Shown here piece after piece: positions 11,667 through 25,379 of a stretch of 64,000 bases of DNA (position 1 is the stretch's first letter; each line of letters begins with the position of its first letter). The position numbers and the translations under genes were made by a program. Location: contig NC_043012.1 in assembly GCF_006345805.1 (NCBI RefSeq), forward strand, positions 46,562,001 to 46,626,000, read 5' to 3'. The stretch comes from Octopus sinensis. Taxonomy: Eukaryota. The notes beneath the pieces are model-generated. The model searched no databases. It saw nothing but the letters and a program-made list of their open reading frames with translations, and was not told the DNA's origin.

Positions 11667-12734
11667 ATATATATAATATATGTGTGCATATATGTCTGTG
11701 TGTGTATTGAGCAGAACCTAATAATCTTTTGCCTTTGGAGGCAGGACCTCATTATAGAGAGTGGGGCTGTGCGCATTGTCTCATGATGGCCACATAAACT
11801 TGCCAGCATCCAGTATGCGGAGCTTTCAACTGATAGCACTTGCATTTGCAAAATGTAGAAATATGTAGAAATATAAAATACACGTGGAAATGTAAGGGTA
11901 AAATATGAAAAATCAACGAAAATGCATATTGCAAATAGAAAAAGGCTATTTATGACAGGTAGTGACAAATATATACATTTAGATTGATTGAGATAGTAAT
12001 ACGAGTCATAAAGTTCATTATTATGAGATGATTATAATAAAGTAAGAGAACAAAACGAACCAGTGGTTTACGCGAAGGCTATTCATCGTTTGAACAACAC
12101 CGGTTAGTATACGGTGTCAGGTCTAATAGTTCCTTAGAACTATACATACATACGTACATACAAACATATGCATAAATGTTAGCATTAAACACACGTACAC
12201 TAAAAATTAGAAAAAACTAATACAGTACTTCATAAACATGTTTTTTTCATAGTACATAGCTTCTGTGTATCCATTATGTACCTGCTAATAAGTAAGCTGG
12301 ATTCTATTACATATACTCTGAGCACGTAGTTATAGGACAGAATGAAATGGAATAGAAAAACCGCCAATGGAAAATAAAGTTAGTAAAAAATTCAAATCGC
12401 GTAAATTTTACTTTCGCAGCGAGAATCGTTGACCCATTAATAAAATATTTCTTTGAAAATATAGGAATATTGTCTTGACATAAATTCCTTAAGACTTTTC
12501 CGCTAATACACACCTCAGTCGTTAGTTAAAGGCCATCTTGGACAATTCTTATGTTTTATTATTTCATATTCATTCGACCTCTCTCCCTTTCTTCAGTTTA
12601 ATTGTATTATACAAAAACATTCCAATAATCCTCTTTTGATAAGAAAATGAAAGTACAAGATTTTCATACCTTCTCCAATGAAATGTAGTGATGTGGTTCA
12701 CATTAACATAATGATTTCAAATTTCTGCGCAAAG

Positions 12735-12830
12735 TCAGCAATGTCGGGTGGATAGTTGATTACATCGACCCAGTATTCAACTGGTATTTATTTTATTGAC
12801 CCCAGAAGGATGAAAGGGTAAGTCGACCTG
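12735..12830 (-). mobile_element. SINE family B fragment
   Basis: gattacatcgacccagtattcaactggtatttattttattgaccccagaaggatgaaag matches the family B body in reverse. Confidence 0.6.
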
Positions 12831-13129
12831 CTATCGATTTTGCCAACTCACCGGCTTGGCTGATGTTTACATATTAACATTAGCCTACTAATATGGCGCT
12901 CATCGTTAATATCCCATTTCATGGTGGTTGAAGCAGATATCGTGGGAGATGTAACAAATCTGATTAGTCGATCTGACTCACCTCATTACTTGAATAGTAT
13001 TTTAATCTATTAATTCGGGAAGGATGAAAGCACAGTTCACGTCGATGGGAATTAAAGTTAGAACGTAGAGAACTACGGGTCACTTTGTACGGCTCTGTCA
13101 ATCCGTTCCTCTTGAAACAGAACTAATAC

Positions 13130-13351
13130 TGGTTGCAAATTTTGGTAAAGTACCACCAATTTCGGGCGAGTGGCAAGTAGATTACATTGACTCCCAATTA
13201 TCAGTTGCTACTTATTTTATCAACCGTGAAAGAATGAAAGGCGAAGTCGATATTGTTGACCTCAGAGGAATTTGAACTCAGAATGCGAAGACGGGCGAAA
13301 TGCCGCTAAGCATTTTACCCGGCTTGCTAACGTTCCTACCATCTCGCCGCC
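13130..13351 (-). mobile_element. tRNA-derived SINE family B, near full length
   Basis: minus head GGCGGCGAGATGGTAGGAACGTTAGC (A box) and GAGTTCAAATTCC (B box), followed by the conserved body. Confidence 0.8.
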
Positions 13352-14544
13352 GTTATAATATGGAAACCATTGTTTATTAAAATGGAAGCAGTGTTAACGT
13401 TGTTAAAGTTAATGCTTTGTTATGTTTTAGCAAACTATAAATGAATGAAACAAACCTATACTGAAGCACAAAAGGAAAACTTAATAAAAACAGAAGATTG
13501 TCTTTTTCACGAAAATATAAAATTCGGGTCCCCGTGCAACGATATGAATTCTAATACTTGTTTTACTCGTTTTAGCGTATATTAACGTTATAAGCCGAAT
13601 TAAGATGCATCAATTTCAAAGCTATGTCTCGCTGCATACACAGTTCAAAATGTGTTCGATATTTCACTGTGAATTTCAGTGCTACGATCAACGAAGTAAG
13701 CTATATTTAAATAGACGCCGTGAATAAAAACAAATTACAACAATAATCAGCGGAAATATATTGCTATGAATGAGATGCATTTACTTAGTTTCCGACAGAA
13801 TTAAATGCAAATTTTGGTCTCCACCAAGGTGACTTCTCTTCCATACACTGATTAGAGTAGAATTTCTCTTAAGTATCCAAGAGACCGGTGATATTGGACA
13901 CGGCATTCATAATATGATAACTTATAAGTATTCAAATATACAGTAAAATTAACGACACGTGGGGGCAACATATATGCCAGTTCTATACAACGTATCTCGG
14001 ATTTCTATAATATCCTAATTCTTTCCGTTTGCTTATATTCCCCGAAGAAAGATGGTACATATTTTGTCTCTGCAAGAAAAGTAGTTACAGTTGCACATTC
14101 ATTCATTCAACTATGCGTATATACGCACTTATACAACTAAACATTTATACTTTACGCAATATTACAAAAGCCACTTTTATACAACTATACATTTATTCAT
14201 TCGTATAAATACATATTTCTACATTCATAGATTCTAATACATTCTCATGCATATTCTATTCTTTTATATATACGTATAAATATTTCTCTTTATTCATTCC
14301 TAGTTTGTCTTCCCATTATTACTCTCTGCCTCTTTCTTTTTTCTTTCTTTCTTCCTTCCTTTCTTTCTTCTTCTCTACCTTCCCCTCTCTTTTCCTGTTT
14401 GTCCCCTTTCCCCCCATTTCCTGCACTTCGTGTTTTTTATTCTTCCTAATGACTATGGTTATTAATACACTGCTTTTCTTAAGCGAATTCATATGACTAT
14501 CTTTCCCGACGGCGTCTTCCTACTATTTTTCATCAGCATAACTA

Positions 14545-14710
14545 TCATCATCATCATTATCAACGTCGTCGACGTCATCATCAACATCAACATCATCATC
14601 ATCGCTGTCGTCATTGTCGTCATCATCATCATCATTATCAGCAGCAGCAGCAGCTTAATCGTCATTACCATTCCCATTAATATTATGACCGTCATCATTA
14701 ATACAATCAG
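14545..14710 (+). repeat. degenerate (CAT)n/(CAG)n trinucleotide repeat
   Basis: direct inspection; explains the poly-Ile and poly-Met ORFs here. Confidence 0.9.
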
Positions 14711-16175
14711 TTTCATCATTAGCATAAACTATTAGTAACATGAACATTACCTTCATTATACTCACATCCACATCATTGTCAACATCATTAAGGCAACGAT
14801 CATTTATCAATCATTAATTCATTTTATGATTATTATTTTGTTGATGTGTATAAGAGCCCTTGACATTCCACAATAAGTATAGATCTTTGCAAAAAATTGT
14901 AGCTGTTATTGTTATTATCATTAAAGCAACTGTCGATCTTATTTTATTTAGTTGTTCTCCTTTTATTTTAGACTCCACTACAGGGAACTGGTTGTTAGGA
15001 ATATGATTATTAATTACCATTAGTTTCAAAATGTGATTTTAAAATGCTTAATGCTGCCACTCCATGCTGTTTACGAGAAGAAGAGGTATTTATCACCCAT
15101 CCCCCCCACACCCTAGCATTTCTTTTGTGTTTTGAATATTTTCAGCATTCTTCGTTAACGATTCGTGGTGATTAAACCTCTGAACACGTCACTACGTGCA
15201 CCACGTGCACCACGTGATATGAACTTCTATCTAATTGCAAAGCTTCTACATACTGTTGAGAATTAAATTAAAATATCCGGCTTCCCTGGCTATTGTGTGA
15301 ATTTTTATACGCAATTAGAGCCGCTCCAACGTGACTGTTTTTGTCTTCTTACTAACAGATATATAAACATATATTTAGAAGTCATATACGTAAATACACA
15401 CACATGCATCAATATATGCGACAACATATGCATGTATTTGTATGTATCTGTGTGTATACACGCACATACAAATGTATGTATACATATGTACTCAGTATAT
15501 GTATCTATGTATGTACAAACCTGTCTACTTATTTCTCTCTCACACTCTACATACGCACATATGAATATACAGAGAGAGACAGTGAGAGAGATAAAAGAAA
15601 GAGAGAGTGAAGGAGAGAACGAGAGAGAGAGAGAGACATATATGTGCATATGTGCGCGTGTATGTATGCGTGGATGGATGGAGTGGAGTCGGCAGATCCT
15701 AATTTCTGCGAATCTTTTCAATGTTTCCCCCATGTCATGGCAGTGCCTTCCTCTTCGAATGCTCTAGAGTAATTGTTGCCATAGCCCCTCATGCAGACAC
15801 AGCTTACCGTAATTTTTCTGTCATGTGTCATTGCAGCCAATTAGTTATTAAGGCTGGAAGTGTTTTTGTTCTCCTAGGTCATTCACTTGACACCTTAGCA
15901 GGTTCTATTCTTGCACCGGTAGCCATTGCTAAGCTGCTTTAAATAATTTTTTATATTTTTTTTTGTTTTGTTTTTTTCTGACAGTTGACATTTACTGTGA
16001 CATTGCAACAACAGAGTAACTCCTATCATTTGAAGCTCATGCAAGTTATTTCCATTCTCTTTTTGGCAATGCTTGTATTCCTATCTTACTGATTTAATTC
16101 ACCTATATTCTCATAGTTCTAGCATAGACACACATTTTCTGGAGCGAGTTCTCTAAATTTAGAGTAAAAAGTAAA

Positions 16176-16379
16176 AGCGTACACACATAGCTGTGTGTTA
16201 AGAAGTTTGCTTCCCAACCAAATGTTTCTGGGTTCTCTCTCACTGCATAGCATCTCGGGCAAGTGTCTTCCACTCTAGCATCGTGCCGGGAAAACCTTCT
16301 GAGTAAATGTGGTCGACAGAACTTCGTAGTGTGTGTATATTAGTTCGTATACGTGTGTGTATATAAAAGAAGTTCGTTG

Positions 16380-16440
<61 letters not shown>

Positions 16441-16590
16441 TGTATGTACTATGTATGTATGTATTATGTGTGTATGCATGCATGTATGTATGGATGGATG
16501 TACGTACATATATATGAATGTGTGTATGTATGTATCCTTGTCCGTGTTTTGTGTCTGTGTTTGTACCCCACCGTCACTTCACAACCCGTG
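16176..16590 (+). mobile_element. degenerate tRNA-derived SINE family A with expanded internal (TA)n/(TG)n
   Basis: agctgtgtgttaagaagtttgcttcccaacca..gggcaagtgtcttcc..tgtgtctgtgtttgtacccc resembles the 48960-49425 copy. Confidence 0.65.
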
Positions 16591-17054
16591 ACGTTTTGTT
16601 ATGTCAGCCTATCTTAGCCGTTCTAGCTCTGCTAACGAAAGAAGGGAAAGTATGATTCCTACGTTTGAAGCATTTATATCATAAGTTCTTCATAATTCTC
16701 TCTGATATAGTCAAATAAACAATTTTCATACAAACTAGAAAAAAACCCCAGTATAATGATTTATAGTGTGAACTAGGAAGTATTTAAAATGGCTTTTAGT
16801 TTTAGCGTAATTTTTTTCCCTCGGCACTTAGAAACAAGAACCTATGTTTTCCGTATTACGACGAATGCTTCAAAATAAGTAAATAAAATTGCTTTTTAGA
16901 GATTATTTATACTGTTATTCGTGATTTGCGTTGTACTGAGAATCTAATCGATATTGCATGGTTCCTCTGGCAGCGTCTCAAGAGTTTTTCTTTTATAGGA
17001 GGGTGGTCTATCATCACATGTCGGGGTGCAACGTAGCGGACTCTGATAGATTGG

Positions 17055-17105
<51 letters not shown>

Positions 17106-17159
17106 GATAGAGATAGATAGATACATGCATACACACATACATACAGTCACGCTCTTGTA

Positions 17160-17770
17160 ATCCCAAGGTGCAACCACATGTGTAAGCTATGTCATATTTT
17201 TGTAGAAGACATCACGCTAGTGATTAGATGCTGTCATAAAATGTCGTCACGGTACTACCTCCCTATGAGGCACGGTATTGTCACTAAAGCAATTTACAAT
17301 GCCATCCACAAAAGGGACAGTCCTGAAATAAACTTAGAAAATCCCTCTGTTAGGGAATATATTCATAAACACCAACTCAAAGAATACTGGAGCAATATCC
17401 CCATTAAATATTCTGTCAAATGTAAACAACATATTATTGTTTGGGACAGAGGGGTAAAGTTATGTACCGTCATAGAGATCAGGTGCCCTGCAGATATAAA
17501 TATCTCTTTAAAAATCAAAGAAATAGAGGAGATCTATGGACAACTGCTTCGAAACATCCAGTCTCTATATCCAGGCTATGAATTCATTTTCATAGCAATA
17601 ATAATTGGAGCACTAGGTTTTGTTAGTAAACGCTTAAAGGAGAATCTGGATAAACTGGGATTTTCAGAAAGGGGAATCGACCGCCTAATTCTTACATTAC
17701 AAGTACAATCTGTGAGTGGAGCAGTACAAATATGCAAGACTTTTCTCAAGTTCCAAATGTGCATTTTTCT
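17160..17770 (+). mobile_element. RLE-type non-LTR retrotransposon 3' coding fragment (CCHC knuckle plus restriction-like endonuclease)
   Basis: CKLCHIFVEDITLVIRCCHKM..MRHGIV (decayed CxxC..H..C and RHD), IIVWDR..CTVIEIRCPAD, IIIGALG; small deletion at the PD motif. Confidence 0.82.
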
Positions 17771-18205
17771 GTATCAAGTACATCCTAAAGAGGGATCTTT
17801 GTATCTTTTTTTGGAAACTGGCTCCCTTCTCAGTGGAAGATTTCTAATAATTGAAAAATAGAAGATGCATACATGTATGCATTTATTCATAAATACAAAT
17901 TGCGATAATTGCACTACTGGAATGTTTTCTGTTCCTTGGAGCCAGTTTGCCCAGTTCATTCTTCTTAAAATTTTGAGCTCCTGAATGCTCTCCCTCTTCA
18001 TACCTGTGTTCATAATCCTTCAAAGTCATTATATCTTTCAGCCTTTCGAGTTTGATAAAAGATGGTGGATTGGTGTAACTCTAGGAACAGCTATTTTTTA
18101 CAACATATTGGGAATATTCTAGTTTACATAATTTTTCTCTTTAAAAACAACGCATTGGCTTGAATATGTTAAATGCATAAATGATATCACCTGAAAGTCG
18201 GTCCT

Positions 18206-18325
<120 letters not shown>

Positions 18326-18667
18326 AAGAAGGTAAGTAAAGATTCATCCGTATTAGTTTCATCTTCGGTGTAATAAGAATTTAGAATGCTGGTGTCCGAA
18401 ATAGCTCATCCAATTTTCTGCCTTATTCAGTTTTGCACTCAACTCCAAATTATTGAAAGTTTACAGATATCAATTTTACCTAAGTGTGAAATATACACAG
18501 ACATATTTTAAATGCACAAGTAAAAACAGAAAGAAATAGGATAAAAACGACTAATTCGGGGCTCTCTCAGCTCTCTTAATTTACAACTCGGTGATTATTA
18601 TTCTGGCTTGGTTTCTTAGGATTGGCTATAAGGATATAATGTTTAGGAACTGAGATAGTAATTCAAG

Positions 18668-18711
18668 ACACCTGACGAAGACTGGAGGGTATATCAGCCA
18701 AAACATTGTGT
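18668..18711 (+). ncRNA. decayed minimal hammerhead motif (C3:G8)
   Basis: ACAC-CTGACGA-A-GACTG-GAGGGTATAT-CAGCC-AAAAC-AT-T-GTGT; G12 and G16.2 are replaced by A, both at former CpG sites. Confidence 0.55.
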
Positions 18712-20869
18712 TAACAACACACAAGATGACGATAAATATCCGTCAAATGTAAATAATGGGATAATAATTGTTTATGCATTTTGAAAGGGAATTCTCTAAT
18801 GACTGTGAAGCGGAAAGCCTCAACTATCAAAGAATCCGGAAAGAGAAATTCAGTACGTCAAAATTTCATTTTTTTTTTCTTTTTGCCACTGACCTCATTA
18901 ATATATATATATAATGATAATATTCTAAATATGTATTGTGTAGGAAGCCTCAATAAATTCGAGAATTCAATTAAATTTATAAATAACTGTTTTATTAATG
19001 CTTCGGCAATTATATTACCAGCAAAAAATTACTTAAAATTTAAGCAGACATATGTGATTGCGTGAGTGTGTATGCGCGTGCATGTACAAATGTGCACGTG
19101 CGTGTTTGTGAGTGAATGCATGAATGTATATAAATGTACATATGGGAGAGAATCAATTAACTGCATAATATTTAAAATTGATTCGGCGGAACAGTGAATT
19201 GGCCCTTAAAATTTGAATCGAGTACGTTACTTGTCTAAATTATTTTGATGAAGTATTTTTCTTGTCACGAAATGTAATTCCGGTTCACGCTTCTAACAAT
19301 CTTAACAGTGGGACAAATTCAATTCAACAATAGAAAAGTTGAACACAATGAAAGCTAGAATGATACACCTTCGACGTATGGAACAAAACAGAAGATAGAT
19401 TTCGAATGCTTTTCCTTTCTGAAAAAAAGTTTAAGTGATACTTCTCAATCAACATTGATTATGGAACGATATGGAAAACATGGTCGAGATTTTTAACATA
19501 CATAAACGACTTCGCTAAGCCAGATAACCGAAATAGAGAAATAAATTCTGTAAATTTAAATAGCTATAACTAGAAAACCCAAAAGATATAATAATCGTAA
19601 TCTTTTACATAGTAAAACAAGATAACGAAAATCTTAAATTTTAAGCATCACATTTGAAATACGAATTTTTATAATAAATGGAATTTCCATAGGTCACAAT
19701 ATTTCTTATAATTCCCGACCAAACGTGTAACAATGATCTCACGGCTGAGAAATTTAAGGAATGACTTTGAAAATATATAACTATAAGCAGCATTTGGTTT
19801 TAAAAAATAAAAATAAAATTTTTGAATATCATGACTTTTACTACCCTATGTGATATTTGACGTACTGTAAATTTTGAGCATTTCCGAAATGCATATGAAA
19901 ATTAAAGTTTAGTTGTCAATGTGATGTGAATAACAATGAACATAATTCATTACATAATTACTAAGAGTGTAGATCGCGATAGACTATTGAAAACCGATAA
20001 GTTAATAGTTTGAATCCTGTCACAGGTACTTGATTTATCTTCAACGTGAAGTTATCTTTGCAGTGGCCTCGTCGATCTTGCTCACAATGTGTTCTTCTGC
20101 ATTGGAACATTTCACATGTACACTGGATTCGGATTACTGTTCTGATTACTGTGGGAAATCTTGAACAAAAATTCAAACCAGGAAATGAATTCCACAGAGA
20201 TTGCACTGCTGTGCTCTTGGGTTTAATGAGTAAATAATTTTTCCAGTAATATATTGTACAGATGTAACCTTACTTTCCTTCTTTCTGTCGATATCAATGT
20301 TGCTAAAAATGGAACATGATGAACGTTAACGTTTAGCAGCATACCCTCAGAGATTAAAATGCTAGAACTGTTAATCTAAAGGGTATCTTCAAACACGAAA
20401 GTGTTGATTCTAAAGAGATAAGAAATGAGCTCCACGTGATTATCCAAATATCATTATATGACTAAAAAAAACTCTCAAATTGCGTGTCAATCTTCATAGC
20501 GAATGATATTATGTATACTGCAACCCTAAAGAATATGTCTTAATATATACAGCATGATCTCGTTACATCGTATGTTTGATCAAAGCTGATTTGGGGATAA
20601 CAACAATAACAACAAATGTGCAACATATTTATGGCTTGCATAAACGTGTCTAGAATATTCAAAAGTTACTTTACAATATTCAAGTCAGTCCTTCTACGTT
20701 CTACATTCGCATCGAAGTAAACTACGGTTGACCGATCCTTTTCGAAAACATAAATTTCTTTCATGCGTCACAGTCTCTTCGATTCCTTTTTTGTTTATAA
20801 TTCAAATTTCTATCGGGCCACATCGTCTACACACACTGAATAATGTATTGAAAAATAGACATCACAAAT

Positions 20870-21055
20870 TTACAAACGACTACAAAGCCTTTTTCCTTTG
20901 ATTAAAGTACAAAGTATGCAGGTTTATGGTGGGGAAGGACAATGGGTTAAACCGACTTTAGTACTCCACTATCATTTTTATTTGTCGATTGTGGACGATT
21001 AAAAAGCAAAGTTGAGCTCTCAGCAGGATTTGAACTCAGAATGTTAAGTACGGGA
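20870..21055 (-). mobile_element. highly degenerate SINE family B
   Basis: aaagcaaagttgagctctcagcaggatttgaactcagaatg retains the reversed B box. Confidence 0.5.
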
Positions 21056-22419
21056 AAAATACATCTTCCTTCTAATATAGTAACTTGTCTGTCAAACAAC
21101 TGCCCTAAATAATGAAGCGATACTGTAGAGCCTACTTTATTTTATGTGTATAAGTCATGTTCATTCAATTTCTTGTCCATTTAATTGCACCCTTTAATAT
21201 AAATGTAAATCACTGCGTTTAACTTTCACAAAGTTAATAAATCAAACTAGATTTGAAATGCATTCAATGTTCGCAATTCTGTATAAAATAGATTTAGTGT
21301 AAAATTGTATTCGAAGTATGTTCTTCCTGCAATTTTTATTCTTCATTCCAACTCTGTCTCACTTTGAATATAAAAGGTTATATGCTAAGAAAGATGTTCT
21401 ATTTTCAGGGTGTAGTTTTGTATTCCGCTGTTAATTCAAATATTCTTTAAATAGCAGACAGCGTTATTTGTATTCTTACCTGCCTTGTAATTTGCGGAAA
21501 AATGAATATTACATCACTTCTAACTATATTTAGAAAGATATTTATTAAAAATGAATTAATCAAGTTTAACAATTAATATACGCATCTATCACTGAAGCTC
21601 AAATATTCAAATACTTAAAGGCGGTATATAATTACTTACCTAATATAATATTTCGAAACTATGAATGAATACCATTGTAAAAGAATGCTATGCAACTTCA
21701 GAATTACCAACAGTTGTCAAAAGAAGATGTAACGATGTATCTATATACATTCATAACCGAAGCATTAACTTGAACTGCATTTAGCGGCAAATACGGAGGC
21801 TGGTATTTTATACGCACAGGAATATATTTATTAAATCTAAATTTAGCGTCACGGTAAATAGAGCGGGTGTGGAAAAATTGTAAGTAATATCAATTGCAAT
21901 ATTCAAGAAGAAACTGTGTTTGAAAGACACTGGCATATACTGTATGCATATTGTATATATATATACAGTATCGTGAGTATACATTATACACGCATAAACA
22001 CAGACACACAGAAACGCGCGCACACACACACACGGACGTACACACAGCACACATACATGCACGCTCACACACATTCATACACACACATGTGTGTAACATT
22101 CAGTGGTGAAACCTTAAGAAATATCGTTTTATTGCTTACCAAGCATACATACATACATACATACATACATACGCAGTTACATACATGTATAGGAAAATCA
22201 CATGTACATGATATGTACACACACACACATATATATTTAAACATTATGAGTATAATTATAATTAGGGTTCAGCAAAAACATTTGCTTCACCACATACCGA
22301 ACTTTAGAAATAGCAGCCAAAGAACTTAGCTATTTATTCTACTATAAATTCTATAAACAAACCTTTAAATAGAAATATTCTCATGAATTGAACTGCAACT
22401 GCTAGCCGCCACTGACCGT

Positions 22420-22800
22420 TCAAAATACGACAATCAAGGCACTCCCAAATTTTCCCACTCCTTCTCCTCATCCTTCTTCTTCTTCTTCTTCTTCTTCTTC
22501 TTCTTCTTCTTCTTCTTCTTCTTCTTCTTCTTCTTCTTCTTCTTCTTCTTCATCTTCTTCTTCTTCTACCCTACCAAGAATTCACAACGACCTCGAACCC
22601 ACAAGTGTAAACAAGAGAGACAGAGAAAGGCAGAAACAAGGAAAATGCCACTTATATTTGAACACTATACAAATATTCTTTTTAAAAAAATTTTCTTTTA
22701 ATTTTTCTAAATTTAATTATTTAATCGTTACAGTTGAAAAGGTGACCGAAACCGGTACTGAAATGTTCTTTATAAAATTATTTTAGCATTTTCTATCTTG
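22420..22800 (+). mobile_element. PLE pLTR-like 3' segment with minimal U3:A8 HHR at 22731-22760; contains (TTC)n at 22473-22566
   Basis: CAG-TTGAAAA-GG-TGA-CC-GAAAC-CG-GT-A-CTG; caaga.t.cacaacga.ctc similarity to 24428-24455. Confidence 0.55.
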
Positions 22801-22811
22801 ACTTGTTTTTT

Positions 22812-22877
<66 letters not shown>

Positions 22878-22878
<1 letters not shown>

Positions 22879-24620
22879 GGAAAGAACCTTATGAAAAACT
22901 CCTGGAATTCAAAACCATACTAAACAACATACATCCCAACATCCAATTCACTATGGAATTAAGCAAACATCATTTCCCATTCCTTGATCTCCTAATTATA
23001 AAAACACCTAAGAACCAAATCATAACAGACATCTACCACAAACCTACAGACTCACAACAATACCTCCTCTTTAGTTCATGCCACCCAAAACACACCAAGA
23101 CAAATATCCCTTTCAATTTAGCTAAAAGAGTATGCACCATTGTCTCGGATCCAAAAACACGAGAAATACGCCTTCAAGACCTCAAAAAAACACTATTACA
23201 ATATCCCTCCACCCTTATAGAGTATGGAATAAAACGCGCCAAAGAACTAGATAACATTACACTGAAAACCACCCAACCTAACACCACACACAACCTCAAA
23301 ATACTTCCATACATTTCCACCCACAACCCCAAAAATATCGAAGCATACACCAAAATCATACAAAACCTCAGTCTACTGTCAACAGACCCCAAAATGAAAA
23401 ACATTATAAATGCACACAAAATCCTCAAATGTAAAAGGCAACACAAATCTTTAAAAAAACTCTTGACAAATGCCAAACTTCACACACCACATCCACCCCC
23501 AGCAGTAAAAAAATGTGCACGCCCAAACTGTGTCACCTGCCCCTTCCTACTTGAAGGCTCTGAATTTACCTTCAAACAAGGTACGAAGTTTAAAATCAAG
23601 ACCAACTTCTCCTGTTCCTCCGAGAACCTTATCTACGTTCTCACATGCGCTGGTTGCCAACATAATTATGTTGGACAAACGAGTCTACCGTTACGTAAAC
23701 GAGTAGCGGTGCATAAAGAACAAATAAATCTCCCGGAATACCGACAAATTGCACTGAGTGACCACATAGACTTAAACCCCAAATTCTATATATTCCCCTT
23801 CTACCAATGTAAAGACGGGATCACCACACAGGAGAGAATTAACAAGGAGAAACTCTCTATTGAAAAATTCCAAACACAACTTAATATGCAAACTCCTCGT
23901 TGATCAAACTTCCTTTTTCTACCTCATTCTTCATGGATGAACTAACACAAATATATAAGGATACCATGCATTCATCACTTCAAGCTAAAACTTATATCCT
24001 TTAAATATCATTTTTACTATTGTTGTTATTACTATCATTTTTATTATATATGATATAACAATCTGAAATGTAATTATAAATTGGTCTATGCAAATTTATA
24101 TAATTAGAAAATAATATAAATAAAGTGTTAAAATCTGGAAGTTAAGTTAACAAACAATTATATAAAAAAGATAATGCAAATGAAGCTAAAATGATAATTT
24201 TATAATTTGGGGTTTATTAGCAGCCTTTATTGCAGGGGAGTTTGAGAAACAAAAATTGAAGAACTCAGAAGAGTTGTCTCTCCTTATTCACAACACAGGA
24301 ACTGAAGAACCACAATTACTACTACTTCCTGTTTTGCCAACATCCTTAATTAAACCAAACAACACATGGTCTTAATCCCATTGGATCCTAATACCTCAAG
24401 GTAATTTTTTCGTGAACAATCATTAAACTCAAGATACACAACGAACTCACAATGTATCGGAGTACTTATTTTTTAATTTTTGTACATATTTATTATTATT
24501 CTTTTGCAAAAAACAATGCAACTTCCTTTTTTCCCCTTTCTCATTTTTAAAAAACATTTTTTACCTAACTATTCTTGATAAGTCACATTATGACGAAAAC
24601 CGGTTTGATTAAATATATAT
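22878..24620 (+). mobile_element. 5'-truncated Penelope-like element, Neptune-type (RT C-terminus, Cys-rich linker, GIY-YIG endonuclease, 3' pLTR)
   Basis: stop-free frame 22878-23903: NNIHPNIQFTME..FPFLDL..DIYHKPTDSQQYL..SCHPKH; CARPNCVTC; NLIYVLTCAGCQHNYVGQT..RKRVAVH; HHR motif downstream. Confidence 0.92.
24570..24611 (+). ncRNA. type I hammerhead motif, U3:A8 core, CCGG palindromic tetraloop
   Basis: TATTC-TTGATAA-GTCA-CATTA-TGAC-GAAAA-CCGG-TT-T-GATTA; helix I has 4 of 5 pairs. Confidence 0.6.
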
Positions 24621-24765
24621 TTATATATTTTACCAAGTTCTCATTTCATTAAAATTTTCTTTCAATTTAGCATTCTGCATTTTTACAATTTTTCCTTGCT
24701 TATCATTTCTCCACGTGCGGTCAACACAACCCCAGTATTTATTGATCTCTCTCTCTCTCTCTCTG

Positions 24766-24857
<92 letters not shown>

Positions 24858-25379
24858 TATATACCCTATGTACAACAGTATCGGTAAATAAATCCAGTAA
24901 GTAAATCTATACCAACTTCTAAATAAGTCACTAATCAGCGACCAAACCTTTAAGCCATACAAAAAATATCCCCTACAGTCTTCCATAGTAAAATATAAAA
25001 GTGAAAGCTTAATAACCACATTTATTCAATCTAAATATAGACTGGATTAAACACTAACTCTAAAATTAAACAACAACAAAGATTTACATAAATCTACAAT
25101 AACTAAATTATATACTAAATAGCGACCTCTTTAAGCCCGTACAAATAATATATATTGGATAAATGAAAATACAGGCTAGGGAGAATTGGTCAAGCCAATG
25201 ACCTACCACCGAAGACTCATAGACACATGCAACAAAACGGTGCAACTGCTTGTAACACTGTTAATTTTACCAATCCTGTACAACATCGCATAAACAATAG
25301 CAACTTGCGACAAAAGTTCAATAACCTACCTACTGGATCTAGCGAAAATACGCTTCTAAATACTGACAAAGGAGATGTA

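Noticed and set aside
14489-14735. Poly-Ile/poly-Met hydrophobic ORFs
   Set aside because: They read through a degenerate (CAT)n repeat.
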